From: Proteromonas lacertae
Lineage: Eukaryota
DNA length: 64,000 nt
Assembly (NCBI GenBank): GCA_002245135.1
Contig: NGBS01000586.1
Coordinates: 186,001-250,000, forward strand
Reading direction: 5' to 3'
The notes under the pieces were generated by a model, which ran no database searches, was not told the DNA's origin, and saw nothing but the letters and a program-made list of their open reading frames with translations. The position numbers were made by a program, and so were the translations under genes. The first letter of the stretch is position 1; each line of letters begins with the position of its first letter. Of the stretch, positions 51,998 to 64,000 are shown piece after piece.

Positions 51998-54296
51998 ATG
52001 CAAGCCAATGTTGTAGACCCAAAAATGTATATTGCAGCAGAAGGTGAAGAAGATCAGTTAATCACAAATTGTATTTTCCCAAAGTAAATCAAAATTTTTG
52101 TTAAAATATATATAGATTTGGATTAGATCCAGGAAACTCAATAGGGTTGGAAGGTTGTACCACTACAGACACATATAACTCCCTTGAAGACTTTTTGAAA
52201 GAGTGTGGGATATATGAAGTAGAGACATTAAATTCTTATGCAACTAGCGGATCTTGTCAATTTTCGGCTTTAGGAGAACAGATGTATTGTCATTTCTTAT
52301 ATATAAACAAATAGTTACAATGAATTATCTTCAGAAAATTTTCGACCAGACATTTTACTTCGTCAAATAGCTGTAGATTCTATACGAAAGAATCCTTGTC
52401 TATATGAAGACTTTTTGTTATTTGCAAACCCTAGAACAAGAACACAAAATGCAATAGGTGGTAAGAGTGTAGGAATCGATGATTATACCACCAGAATGGA
52501 TTGCCTAAATTGTGATGGTGACCATATCACTTTACAAGCCTTAGCAGACTCCACATCTTCTATAATATACGTAATTAAATATTTACCAACAGGAAATATA
52601 TTTTTATCTGAAATTAGACCTCAGCCTCTCGATTCACCTCCATTATCGTCAACAATTAGATCTTTGTTCTATTTACCTTATCGTACCTTTTGGTTATCAT
52701 TAAGAGATGAAGCACATTATAAATCATTACATGTAAAGTCATTTCACCACTATGATTTCATAATTCAGGATTGTCCTATCTGCCATGAACCTTTAAATAC
52801 AAAAATTGAGCCAAATGCAAGACTAAATTGTTGTAGACATTTATGTCATAGTTCCTGCTTAATTGATTGGATTACTATTACTGATATGTGTCCTTTATGT
52901 AAGATTAAATCAAATTATTTATATATATTGAATGCTAAAGGTACAACAGCAAAGAAAATGACAATAAAGAAACAATATGTAACAGATTATTATAAAAAGT
53001 CATGTAGAAAATTGTATGTTTAGTTATCATATTTTATGTATAGTGATCCAACTGATGATATTGTCTGTGCAATCTGTGGTTATGGAGATAAAGAGAAGCA
53101 GTTGTTATTATGCGATAGTAGCTGTGGAAAAGCATATCATACATTTTGTATTGGTTTAGAAACAGTACCAGAAGTATATATATATATATTATTATTTTCT
53201 TAATAGGGTGATTGGTACTGTACACCATGTAGATTATTACAAGAAAGAAAATTATCTTGTGAAAAGAATAAAATGGATAACTCAAGTCAAATCATTAACA
53301 CAACAACAACAACAACAACAAATACAACTTCTTCATCTGTTTCTTCATTTTCATTATCAAATTCTACAGAAAATACAATAACTACGACTGCTACTCCAAA
53401 ACCAAATACTCGATCATCATCTTCAACATTAATTACTCCAAAGAAAGAAACAGAATCAAATAAAGGAATAAAAAGGAAAACTTCCTTATTTTCAGCAGTA
53501 GAACAGAAATATTTGGAAGATAAAATATTGGAATTATATTGTGAGCCAAAACAAAGATCTAATTCATCATCATCCTTATCATCATTAAATAGTTCAGAGA
53601 CTAACAGTCAACAATCACAATATCAACAAAATCAATTACAAAGACAAGATGATTCTGTTCCACATGTATTAAAATATTATTATTATTAAAATTATTTTTA
53701 AAAATAGATAAATGCAACAAATGCAAATAAAAGAAGAAGAAGAAATCCAGACGCATTTGTCATCGCTCAATCTCCTGTATTTGGAACAAGAAGAGATATT
53801 CAACCAATTCATGAAATCAATAATTTAAGTGAAAGTGAAGTATTGGAATTGATGGATATAGCTGCAAATGATGATATTGATTTGGTTAATCATCAGAAGA
53901 ATGCAACAAAGAAGTTGTTGTTATTTCCACAAGTTCATTTTAAGATAAGAGAAAGTTCAGCTTCATTACATAAGTTTTTAAATGTTGGATTATTACAGAT
54001 TATTATGTATTTTTGTTATTTATTATTTTAATATAGAAAATGGTTAACCCCTTTTCCTAACAATGAAGAACAACCGATTAGTGTTCGATTAAATATATTA
54101 AGACTTATAGAAGTATTACCGATAAGATTAAGTGACTTGAGAAAGTGTCAAAAGCTTGGGAAAGTATTTTTATTTATATTTATATTATTAGCTTATATTA
54201 CATATTGCTTGTAAAGAAGCAAAATATGATTTAATTAGAGAACGAGCCATTTTGTTGATATTTAGATTGAGTGGCTTAGTCTATGATAAACAATAA
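51998..54296 (+). CDS. OTU deubiquitinase + RING + PHD + IWS1-like (TFIIS N-terminal) domain protein, 7 introns
   Basis: SGSCQFSAL...GDHITLQALAD...HYKSL; CPICHE...CRHLCHSSC..W...CPLC; CAICG..DK...LLLCDSSCGKAYHTFC...GDWYCTPC; AANDD...ATKKLLL...KWLTPFP. Confidence 0.85.
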
Positions 54297-54374
54297 TTTA
54301 TAAAATTTCATTATGTTTGTTTGGATTTTTTAACACTAATTCCAAAATTTACATTTATATATTCAATAATTTAG

Positions 54375-55559
54375 TTATAATCTTAATTCTCCCAAAAATA
54401 TCTTTGAATCACTACCACATGAACCAATAATTGGTTTAGTTGGATGAAAATCAACATCATTCACGCAACTAGTATGTCCAGGCAATCTATATTTAATTTT
54501 CTCACTATTAACATCCCAAATGTATAAAAAAGTATCTGATGAACCACAGCAAACATAATTATCATTTAATGACCAACAACAGCCTATTAAATTCTTCTCA
54601 TAAGCACATTCATGTCCTTGAAATGTGTGTAAGCATCTTTCATTCTCTGTGAATGGTTTTATATCAAAAATGTGACAAGTTCTATCTTCTGAATTAGTCA
54701 ATCTATTAACTATATAATAGAAATAATATACAATTTAGTACCATCATGATTTAATCTCATTGACAAGATTGTATCATTATGATTGTTTAATTCAAATAAT
54801 ACTTTATCATTTCTTGTATCCCAACACTATATTATAATTTATATGATATTTATACTTGCACAATATTATCCAAAGATCCTCCAAACACTCTCTCACTATC
54901 TAAATCAAAACACACTGAAGTGATTTGAAATTTATATTGAAATGTCTTTACTGGCTCTTTCTGTCGAACGTCCCATATTCTTACTGTACCATCATCGGAT
55001 CCTGAACAAATTAACATATTTCCTCTTTTTTCACAATCACAGGAGTTAACATAGGATGTATGACCTCTCATTCTTTTCTTTGGAACACCTCTCTATATTA
55101 AGTATCATAAGTGTATTATATATATACTTCTAAATCCCAAAGTGCTAATGTCTTATCTGCAGAACAACTTGCTATACCTTGTGAATCAGACGACCAACTT
55201 ACTTGAAATACAGCATTTTTATGACCCTAAAAAGAGTGAATTAAGATTTAATACAGTGAATTGATAATTTCTATATGATCCGTCTTCTATATCCCACATG
55301 ATTATTGTATGATCCATTGAAGCTGTTGCTAATGAACGACCATTAGGAGCAAACTTCAAACTGAATATTGGACCTTTATGTCCTGTTAATAATATTGATT
55401 TTTTCTCTTGATTAGCGTTTTGATGAATTACCATTTGCTATTATGTCTATAAATGCACTTTTATACACTATTTACTTCTGCTTTCTTTACCACCATAGTT
55501 CCAGATGTATCAACTCTAGCTCTTTTTGTAGGTTGCTCTAAATCATTGTTATCACTCAT
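54375..55559 (-). CDS. SNRNP40: U5 snRNP 40-kDa WD40 protein
   Basis: LLTGHKGPIF, ICSGSDDGTVRIWD, DIKPF..ERC..TFQG...YEKNL and IKYRLPGHTSCVNDVDFHP..PIIGSCGSDSKIFLGEL. Confidence 0.92.
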
Positions 55560-55717
55560 ATTTGATTTATAAAAAGAGAAATTTAAATATTTCAATTCTA
55601 TATTGACAAAGAACTAGTCAAAATAGAATTGTATAATCAAATTCTCATTTTTTTTTCTTTTTCTCTCAATTAAGTATAAGATGAGATCGCTTATAGAATT
55701 TATAGTTTTTTTTAGCA

Positions 55718-55967
55718 ATGGACGCAGCAGGTAAAGCATCAAATTCAGGAGGTGTGCGTCGTAGAGGTCGAACATCAAATGGAAGCAAAAATCCTTCATC
55801 ATTTAATGATGGAGGTTTACGTATTGCTACAGATGATCATCCAGGAATCTATGTGTATATAATATTGCATTTTTATTTATAGTGGTCCACAATCAGTTTT
55901 AATTTTATGTTTGGGATTTATTGGTGTAGTAATCTTATTACACATTATTGGAAAGATGAGATCATAA
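55718..55967 (+). CDS. SEC61B: Sec61 translocon beta subunit, 1 intron (missed by the ORF track)
   Basis: MDAAGK...VRRR...TDDHPGIYVGPQSVLILCLGFIGVVILLHIIGKMRS. Confidence 0.92.
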
Positions 55968-56115
55968 ATTTTAATATGAAAATAAATCCATTAATATTTT
56001 ATTAGTTTATGTATTTGGAAATAATACCAAAAAAACATCATAATTTGCGTCAAAGAAATTACTAATACCTGACTAGTTATGTATTATAAAGAACGAATAG
56101 AAAATAATTTTCAAT

Positions 56116-57042
56116 TCATCTGTTATTAACTAATGGTGAGTATTTTTGTGTAAATGTCTTGCAATATTGACACATTTTACATAATGAACACATATTGTTT
56201 TCATTAACTTGCTTAATATAGAACCATATAGGTCTTGCGTGGCTTAATCTACTACACTGATACATTCTTTCACCAGTAAAATCAATACCAATTGACCAAT
56301 CACTAATATCATCTCTATTAACATTAACTGCACAACTGTAACAAATATACTGATTTTCTTGATTTTGATATCTAAAACATAATATTTTTTGTATTGATTT
56401 ATGATCCATACAACAAACTACTCTTTTTCTCATTAATTTATTAAATTCTTCTATTACACGAGCATTTGCTGCATACATTGTATCTGGCACTAATTCACCA
56501 CCTCTATAAATATCATTACCTGTCACATTTGGTCTTCTTCTCTTCACTTGTTGAGGTGTTGTTGATTCTGTACTATCTTCTGTATTTGTCTCTGCTTTTT
56601 GTGTAGGTGGTGTTACTACTGCTGATAGTAGTGCTCGAGGTGGTTCTAAAAATGGATTTACTGATGGTAAAATTCTAGTAACTGTAGAAAGTGGAATTGG
56701 CGGTAGCAGTGGAGGTGATGGCGGTCTTGGTGGTTGAACCATAACTGGTGAACCTGTTGTTGGAGTAAATGAAGATGGTATTTCTGATAATTCGTCTGAA
56801 AATCTATCACGATATTTTGAATCATTTGCATTTGGTGAAATATATACTATTAATGGTAAGTAAGATGTTGTTAAAACTCGAACATTTGTCTGAGTCTCAG
56901 CATCTTCTGTATTAATCTCGAATCCATCAGGTAAAACTTCATCTAATGGATTGTTGAAGTTATGCATATCTTCTAAATAAAATAAGTTACTTTGCAATAA
57001 CCTTAAATAGTTTTCCGATAAAGTTTCTGGTTTCTTTGACAT
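56116..57042 (-). CDS. Unknown 308-aa protein, Pro-rich middle and Cys-rich C-terminus
   Basis: Uninterrupted ORF; several CxxC pairs. Confidence 0.7.
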   Translation of the reverse strand: MSKKPETLSENYLRLLQSNLFYLEDMHNFNNPLDEVLPDGFEINTEDAETQTNVRVLTTSYLPLIVYISPNANDSKYRDRFSDELSEIPSSFTPTTGSPVMVQPPRPPSPPLLPPIPLSTVTRILPSVNPFLEPPRALLSAVVTPPTQKAETNTEDSTESTTPQQVKRRRPNVTGNDIYRGGELVPDTMYAANARVIEEFNKLMRKRVVCCMDHKSIQKILCFRYQNQENQYICYSCAVNVNRDDISDWSIGIDFTGERMYQCSRLSHARPIWFYIKQVNENNMCSLCKMCQYCKTFTQKYSPLVNNR

Positions 57043-57293
57043 ATCCTATGTTATTTCTATAACTTACATAGGTTTAAGTAAAAATATTTTTACAATCGTT
57101 TACACAACTGTGTATATAATATATCTTTATAAACTTTTACATAAAAAAAACAAACTATAATACACTGTATTAATTAATACATGTATTTGTAACAACCAAA
57201 AAATATCTTTAATTTTTGTCAAGTAGATATTGTGTACATTTGATTTAATTATTTTGTCTTATAATATACAACAAAATCTTTATATAGTAGGAA

Positions 57294-60200
57294 ATGACTC
57301 AGTTAGATAAGCAATTCAATGCATTAAGAGCATTAAAACCGAATAAAGTTTGCTTTAACTGCGGAGCAAAAGTATTCTTAGTAGTAATATTGTAATTTGT
57401 TGTAGGGTCCAACTTGTTTAGTGCAAGATTATCAAATCCTAGTTTGTTCCACTTGTGGTGGAGTGCAGTATGGTTTATTCTGATTTATTTAATAGTAAAA
57501 ATCTAGGTAATACAATCCACAAATTAGCTTTAGTCAAACATACAAACCAAGTTTGTTTAGAACTATCAGCAGGTGGTAATGAAAATGTTGCAAAGAAATA
57601 TCTAGAAAAATACAAAAATGATCCACCAAAGCCTAAAGATAATAAGGATGAAGAAGTAATAAAAAATTGGATTCAAGCTGTTTTTATTGATAAAAAATTC
57701 AAAGCACATGAAGAAACAGAAGAAGAGAAAGCAGCAGCTGCAAGAAAGGCAAGAGAAGAAAAGAAGAAGAAGAAGAAAATGGAACAATCAGATGATGATG
57801 ATGATGATGATGATAAAGAAAAGAAAAAGAAGAAGAAGGAAAAGAAAGACAAAGAAAAAGATGATAAAAAGGAAGAAGGTGGTGGTGATGATAAAAAAGA
57901 TAAAAAGAAGAAAGGCAAAGAAAAAGAAAAAAAACATAAAAAACATCACAAAAAGAATAAAGTTCCAAAAGATGGAAAAGAAGTTGCTTGGGAAGATAAA
58001 GAACTTGAAAAATGTGATGAAAAGAATCATATTAAAATTAATGGAATTGTTTATAAAATTGATAATCAAGAATATGCTTTTGGAAGTAAATCTACAATAT
58101 TTTTAAGTCATATTTCTAAGCATAAAGCTTCTATTTTTGCGATGAAACATTTTCAACTTGCTGTATATTCATTTATTTATTTATTTTTATATATTATATA
58201 GAATGATGAGATAAGTCGTTCAGCACAAATTGAAATTGAAACTCTTCAAAAGATACACGGTCATCACAATATTATTCAAGTTTATGCGATTGGTAGAAAA
58301 AATGATTCAAATCCTAAAGAAATATATATTGTTGAAGAAAATGGAGTAAAAGGTGATTTATTCAATTTCACTAAAGATCTAATAAAAGAGAATAAAACAT
58401 TAAATGACAAAGAAGTATATAAAATAATGATGGATTTATGTATAGCAGTTAGATTTCTACATGAACAAGAAACACCAATAATGCATAGAGATATACGTCC
58501 AGAAAATTTCGTTTTGTGTAGTAACGACCATTGGAAATTAATTGATTTCGGTTCATGTTATGAAGGAGCAATTGATGTTTCAAATGATGAAGAATTGAAA
58601 AAAGAATTGGATTTTATTGAGAAGAATACAAATATATTATATCGTGCTCCTGAGGAAATGAAAGGATATAATTATAGAGATAATGAAGTGGAGAAAATAG
58701 ATGAAAGTGTAGATATTTGGGCATTAGGTTGTGTTATGTATAAATTAGGATATTTAAAGAATCCATTTGAAGATACTGGTAAACCTGGTAGAGTAAACCC
58801 TAAAAAACTATTTCCATCAGGTGATACACATTCTAGAATATTCCAGAATATGATAGTTCAAATGTTAACATACAATAGTGAAGAAAGAATTGATATAAAT
58901 CAAGTCATGTTGTTATTAAAAGTTCAATTAGGTTCTGATTTTAAAATGCCTGAAAGTGAAGAAAGTAGTGATGAAGAACCAAGTCAACCAGCAACTTCAA
59001 CTGCTCCTGTTGCTACATTACCATCCTCTAAACCTAATACACCTAAAGCTCCACCAGAAGCTGCAACTCCTCCAGCTGCCGCTGGTAATTTACCTAATCC
59101 ATTTGCGGTTAATCCTTTTACACAAAAACCTGCTGATAATGCTTCTTTTACTGCTCCATTACCATCTTCTACTGTTAATCCATTTTTACAAGCAAGTTCA
59201 GCAGAACCTGCAGCTACACCACCTCCAGTTCCAAATAGAAAGACATCTAAAAAAGAAAAATCAGATGATGATGATGATGATGATGAAAATAAGAAGAAAA
59301 AGAAACATAAATCTAAAGCAAGAGCTGCATCTCAAGCTATAGTATCTGGAGGTGAAGATGATGATGATGAAAAAGAAGAAGAAGAAGAAAAGTAAAGAAA
59401 GATCTAAATCTAAGGCTAATGCTTGGGGAAGTGATGCTGAAGATGATGATGATGAAAAAAAGAAGAAGAAGAAAATAAAGAAAGATCTAAATCTAAGCAA
59501 TGCTAATGATGCTGAAGATGATGATGAAAAAAAGAAGAAAAAAAATAAAGAAAGAAAGTAAAGCAATGAATGAAGATGATGATGAAAAAGAAGAAGAAGA
59601 AGAAATCCAAAGCTAGAACTGCATCTGTAGTTGTAGTTTCTGGAGGTGAAGAAGAAGATGACAAGAAAAAGAAGAAGAAGAGTAAAAAAGACTCAAAAGT
59701 TGAGGTTTCTGGAGATGAAAATGAAGATGATAAGAAGAAGAAAAAGAGGACTAAATCAAGAACTGCATCTGTAGTAGTTGTTTCTGGAGGTGAAGAAGAA
59801 GACGATAAAAAGAAAAAGAAGAAGAGTAAAAAAGTAGAAGTATCAGGAGATGAAGATGAAGATGATAAGAAGAAAAAGAAATCAAGAACAAAATCAAGAA
59901 CAAAATCAATAGCTGCAGCTTCAGGTGGTGAAGACAGTGATGATGATGATAAAAAGAAGAAAAAGAAAGCATCAAAACAGAAGAAGAATAAAGATGAAGA
60001 ATTTGGAGATAGTGGTTTTGGTAGTGGATTTGGTGATGGATTTGGAGATTCAGGTTTTGGTGATTCTGGCTTTGGTGATACCAGTGGTTTTGGTGATTCA
60101 AGCGGATTTGGAAGTAATAATGGATTTGGTAGTTCAAATGGTTTTGGAGCATTTGGAGAAGAGGATAATAAATCTACTAAAAAATCAAAGACTAAATTTA

Positions 60201-60685
60201 AGCCAAAAGAAGAAAGTGAAAGTGAGAGTGAGAGTGAAGAAGAAGAGAAGAAGCCAGTCAAAAAATCAAAATCAAAATCAAAATCAAAAGAAGAAAGTGA
60301 AAGTGAAGAAGAAGAAAATAAAAAGAAGCCAGTTAAGAAAGAAACACCAAAACCAAAGAAAGAAAGTGAAAGCGAGAGTGAAAGTGAAAGTGAAGAAGAA
60401 AAAACAAAATCATCTAAAAAAGCAACACCTCCTCCACCACCACCAGCTAGAGAAACCAAGCCTGCACCTCCACCACCTGAGAGAGAATCAAAACCTACAC
60501 CTCCACCACCTACACCAGCAAAAAATGAAGAAAAACAACCCCCACAAACACAAACACCAAAGAAAGATGAAAGTGAAAGTAGTGATAGTGAAAGCGATAG
60601 TGATAAACCACCAGATATTAAACCTCCTCCAATTCCTGATAGTTCAAGTAGTGAAGATTCTGAAGTATGGAGTGATGAAGATTAA
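57294..60685 (+). CDS. ArfGAP domain + NAK/Ark1-family kinase + NPF/FG-rich and K/D/E-repeat tail; apparent frameshifts at ~59380-59600
   Basis: NKVCFNCGAK...VCSTCGGVH...GGN (ArfGAP); MHRDIRPEN, DFGS, YRAPE, DIWALG; NPF x3; FGDSGFG repeats. Confidence 0.8.
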
Positions 60686-60943
60686 ACTTGTAAAGAAATG
60701 ATGTTATAGTACTCTCATAAATAGAAAATTATGTAAAGTAATGTTTTCAATTATAAAATTAGACAAGATATATATTTTTATTTGAATGTTGTGTTTTGGA
60801 TGTTAGTTTAAGTTAATAAATTAACATATCATCACAATATTCTCTACTCAATGTTATTTAGTAACTCCTAAGCTTGTTTTGAAATTAAAGGGATGACTAA
60901 CCGAAATATATCCGTTTTTATGATTTTGAATTTTTGATATTAA

Positions 60944-61999
60944 ATGACAGCGGATAACTATAAAAGTAAACATCCACATGCAGCTGTTAAAGAAACTGCT
61001 TCTGGTCTTGTATATCTGTCTCTATCATTTTATAGTTTGCTGGTATTGTTGCAAGACTTGTAGATTACCCATTAGACACAATAAAAGTGTTGCAACAAAT
61101 AAATCCAGTATAAAGTTTTATTATATGCAATATCTTAGGGATTGTATAAAGGCATTATAGATTGTGCAAGAATTACATTCAAAAGATTCGGCATGCGTGG
61201 TTTTTATATTGTATATCTATTAAACAATTAGTTTTTATTAAAATAGGGTATTACAGCTCCAATGGTTAGTTCATCACTCGAGAATGCTTCTTTATTCACT
61301 ACATTTGACACAGTCAAACATTTACAGGGAGTTAAAAGTGATGATAGTGATTTTACAGTTGCTAAATTTTTCCCTTGCGCAATTTCTGCTGCAGTTGTAA
61401 CTGCTCATATATTAACTCCCCTTGAGTTGTTAAAGTGTAGAATGCAAGTATATAATATTTACATTTATAAATTTATACAATTTATTTAATTCTTATTCAA
61501 ATAGATGTTACAATCAGCACAAGAAAGAGCAGGTGCAAATGTAAGATATTCAAGTCCAATAGATGTATTTGTCAAAGTTGTAAAAGAAGAAGGCATTCGT
61601 GGATTATATAGAGGAAACACAGCTACATTATGTCGTGAAATACCAGGGCATATAGCATGGTTCGGTGTATATGAAATTATAACTAGGTCATTCTTAAATC
61701 CAGGACAGACTAAACAAGATTTGAAGAATTGGCAAATTATGATAGCTGGATGTTGTAGTGGGTTTTCTTATTGGTCAATGTTTTATCCTGCAGATGTTGT
61801 GAAGTCCAGAATGCAGACTAATATGACAAAAATTAAATTGACTTTCCCAAAAGTATTTATGAGTATATACAGAGATGAAGGTATTAGAGGGTTGTATCGT
61901 GGTTATTTGGTCACTGCTATGAGAGCATCTTATTCTAATGGTTTTATTTTTTTGGCACATCATCAGGCATTAAGATTACTAAATTATTTAGATCCATAA
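60944..61999 (+). CDS. Mitochondrial carrier (SLC25), ornithine/basic amino acid-like, 4 introns
   Basis: Three signatures PLDTIK, PLELLKCRMQ and PADVVKSRMQ; ENASLF; REIPG. Confidence 0.92.
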
Positions 62000-62393
62000 T
62001 AGTATTTCTATTTAGTAAAATTAATAATCTATGTTATTTAGTAAGATGTTTTTTAATAGATAAAAGAACACTAATTTTTATTACAACAAATTATAAGTTT
62101 CATACACAATAGTACTATTGAAAACTCAAGATACACAACCAAAACCTACAATGCTGTGCTTTTTAAATTAAAAAAATGTGAGTCATCTTCAAGCCAAAAG
62201 CTTGCAGTTTTAGGAGCATTTTCGCCAAAATTTAGGTTCAAATCATTCCCTTTTCTTTTTCTTTCTATAAAGAGGAGAGTATATAGTGAGTGATATATAC
62301 ATTCAGATCAATTTTTCAATCGTATTAGCTTGATTAGATATATTAGTTTGTTACAAACTCTACATTTTACTTAATTTACGTGTCATACAGAGA

Positions 62394-64000
62394 ATGAGTT
62401 ATAAAGATGATATACATTTTTTAACTATAAAACCTCCATTAGGTCAGAATGATATGGTGCACTTATGTGAACCTTATAGCATAACTGTTACTATTTCAGT
62501 GGGAAAAGAGTATATATTTATCAATATCGATTATACATAGAAGTACTGGAAGTCAGAAATGCAAAGTATTAGCAGATATTTGGACAAATGCCAGAGATAA
62601 ATACAGGTATTTCAAAATGTTATTATATTTAATTAAATATATATAGTTCAAGTGGAAGATGGCATGCAATACCAATGGCTTTAGTTAGTCGTGAAGACAA
62701 AGGAGAAGCTTTTCATCTCCATTTTTCAGTTTCAATATTAGCAATAACTACAGGTAAATATGAAATAACTTCCAGGTGCAGAGGTGAAGAATTTAGAGAA
62801 AATGAATACATATGGATTGGCACTGAATATAGTAATATAATAATAGTTGTTATTCCTTCGCCATTTCAAGGTATTATTAGAACAATGACAAGTGGAGTAG
62901 TAAGACAATTTATGAAATGGTTTGAAGAGAATGTAAAAGTAGAAGGATATCCTACTTATGATGATGAGAATAATGCAAATACAGCTAATACAAATACAAA
63001 TACGAATTGTACTTGTACTAATGGATTATTATTGAATGGTTTATCAACATCCTTAATGCCATTAGGAAATAGTAATAGAGACAAAGGAAATAGAAATCTA
63101 ATCGCTTATTGTTCTAGTTTAATAGCTTCTACTGCATTTGAATCAAATATTGAAGTTGATTATTGTGATGGTTTAGTGAAATTATTACATGGTTCTACTT
63201 GGTTAAATAGTGTATCGAATATAAAGAGGTTATTAGTCTGGAGTTTAGGCAGCACATATTTAGCAAATTCATTTCAAAAAAGGTATATATATATATATTA
63301 TTATTATTATTATATCAATAGTATAACTGATTTTCAAAGAGACTTAGCCACTCCTAATCCACGATATATTACAGTGACTGAAAGTCCAAATGAAAAACAA
63401 GCAAAATATAAATCACTTTGTGGGGCATTATCTGCTCTATTAAAAATAGCCATTCAAACGAGAGATGTAAATTCAGATGAAAGTTTCAGATCTATTTTAA
63501 ATAACCAAAGATATTCTCCTTTGCCATTCTCAAGAAGAGCTTTAACTCCAATGAGAATAGCAAAATCAGGTGGTAATACATCGAGTGTATTATTTGAATT
63601 ATTATTAGATATATGTAAAAACTGCATTCCTGATATTTCAGATAAGAAATTATGTGATCAATTAGTCAGTACAGTTGCTGGTTCTAGTGATTCATTGGTT
63701 CAATTATATTTAATAAGAGTGATGAGAGCGTTATATGATAAACCACCTGTTATATTACCGACTGCAATTCATTCTAATTCAAAGAATGTAACTCAAGCAA
63801 TTTGTAATGCATTTTTAATGCATTGTGAATGGAATAAAGAAAAGACAAAAGATGAATTTGATAATGAATATGAAATCAATTTTGATAATAAACATCCTGG
63901 ACCATTATCCACACTCTTAAAATTAGTAAACAATATAATAGAAAAACCACCTAAATGTTTATCAAATGTTGTATATCATAAATCAAAATCAAATTATAAT
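62394..64000 (+). CDS. Partial gene (5' part): N-terminal beta-rich domain followed by a helical region, unknown product
   Basis: ATG 62394; three GTAT...AG introns keep the frame open to the window end (DIWTNA...GRWHAIPM...GKYEITSR...WIG). Confidence 0.7.

Noticed and set aside
57602..60701. Long antisense and alternative-frame ORFs (e.g. 59503..60459, 59925..60701)
   Set aside because: By-products of low-complexity GAA/GAT/AAG codon repeats in the real gene.
62000..62390. Possible ncRNA in the intergenic gap
   Set aside because: No tRNA, snRNA or snoRNA hallmarks recognised; content fits upstream motifs and UTR introns.

Overview
AT-rich, gene-dense eukaryotic nuclear DNA with about 30 protein-coding genes. 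Most genes are split by very short GT-AG introns (mostly ~24-50 nt) that almost all begin GTAT(A/T), so the ORF track fragments them; I reassembled them by hand. Tiny introns, very short intergenic gaps and TGTTT(G/A)TT boxes behind stop codons suggest a Blastocystis-like anaerobic gut stramenopile (inference, not proven). Recognisable genes: MFSD5, Fe-SOD, TTLL1, SEC23, TPR-DnaJ, a bacterial-like Na+/H+ antiporter, MMACHC/CblC, an OFA-type MFS transporter plus a truncated duplicate, SMC2, a lipase, a DHHC palmitoyltransferase, CFAP141, SNRNP40, Sec61beta, an ArfGAP-NAK kinase and a mitochondrial carrier. Most notable: four pseudoenzymes (including a CAP-Gly/IQ/PPEF/EF-hand pseudophosphatase), a Crinkler-like P-loop NTPase fused to a TERB2-like domain, an OTU-RING-PHD-IWS1 fusion, axonemal genes, a 5' splice-site consensus lacking +5G, recurrent upstream motifs and a MULE-like transposon relic with an inverted repeat. 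No rRNA, tRNA or CRISPR array was seen. All family assignments come from motif recognition by eye, not from database searches.
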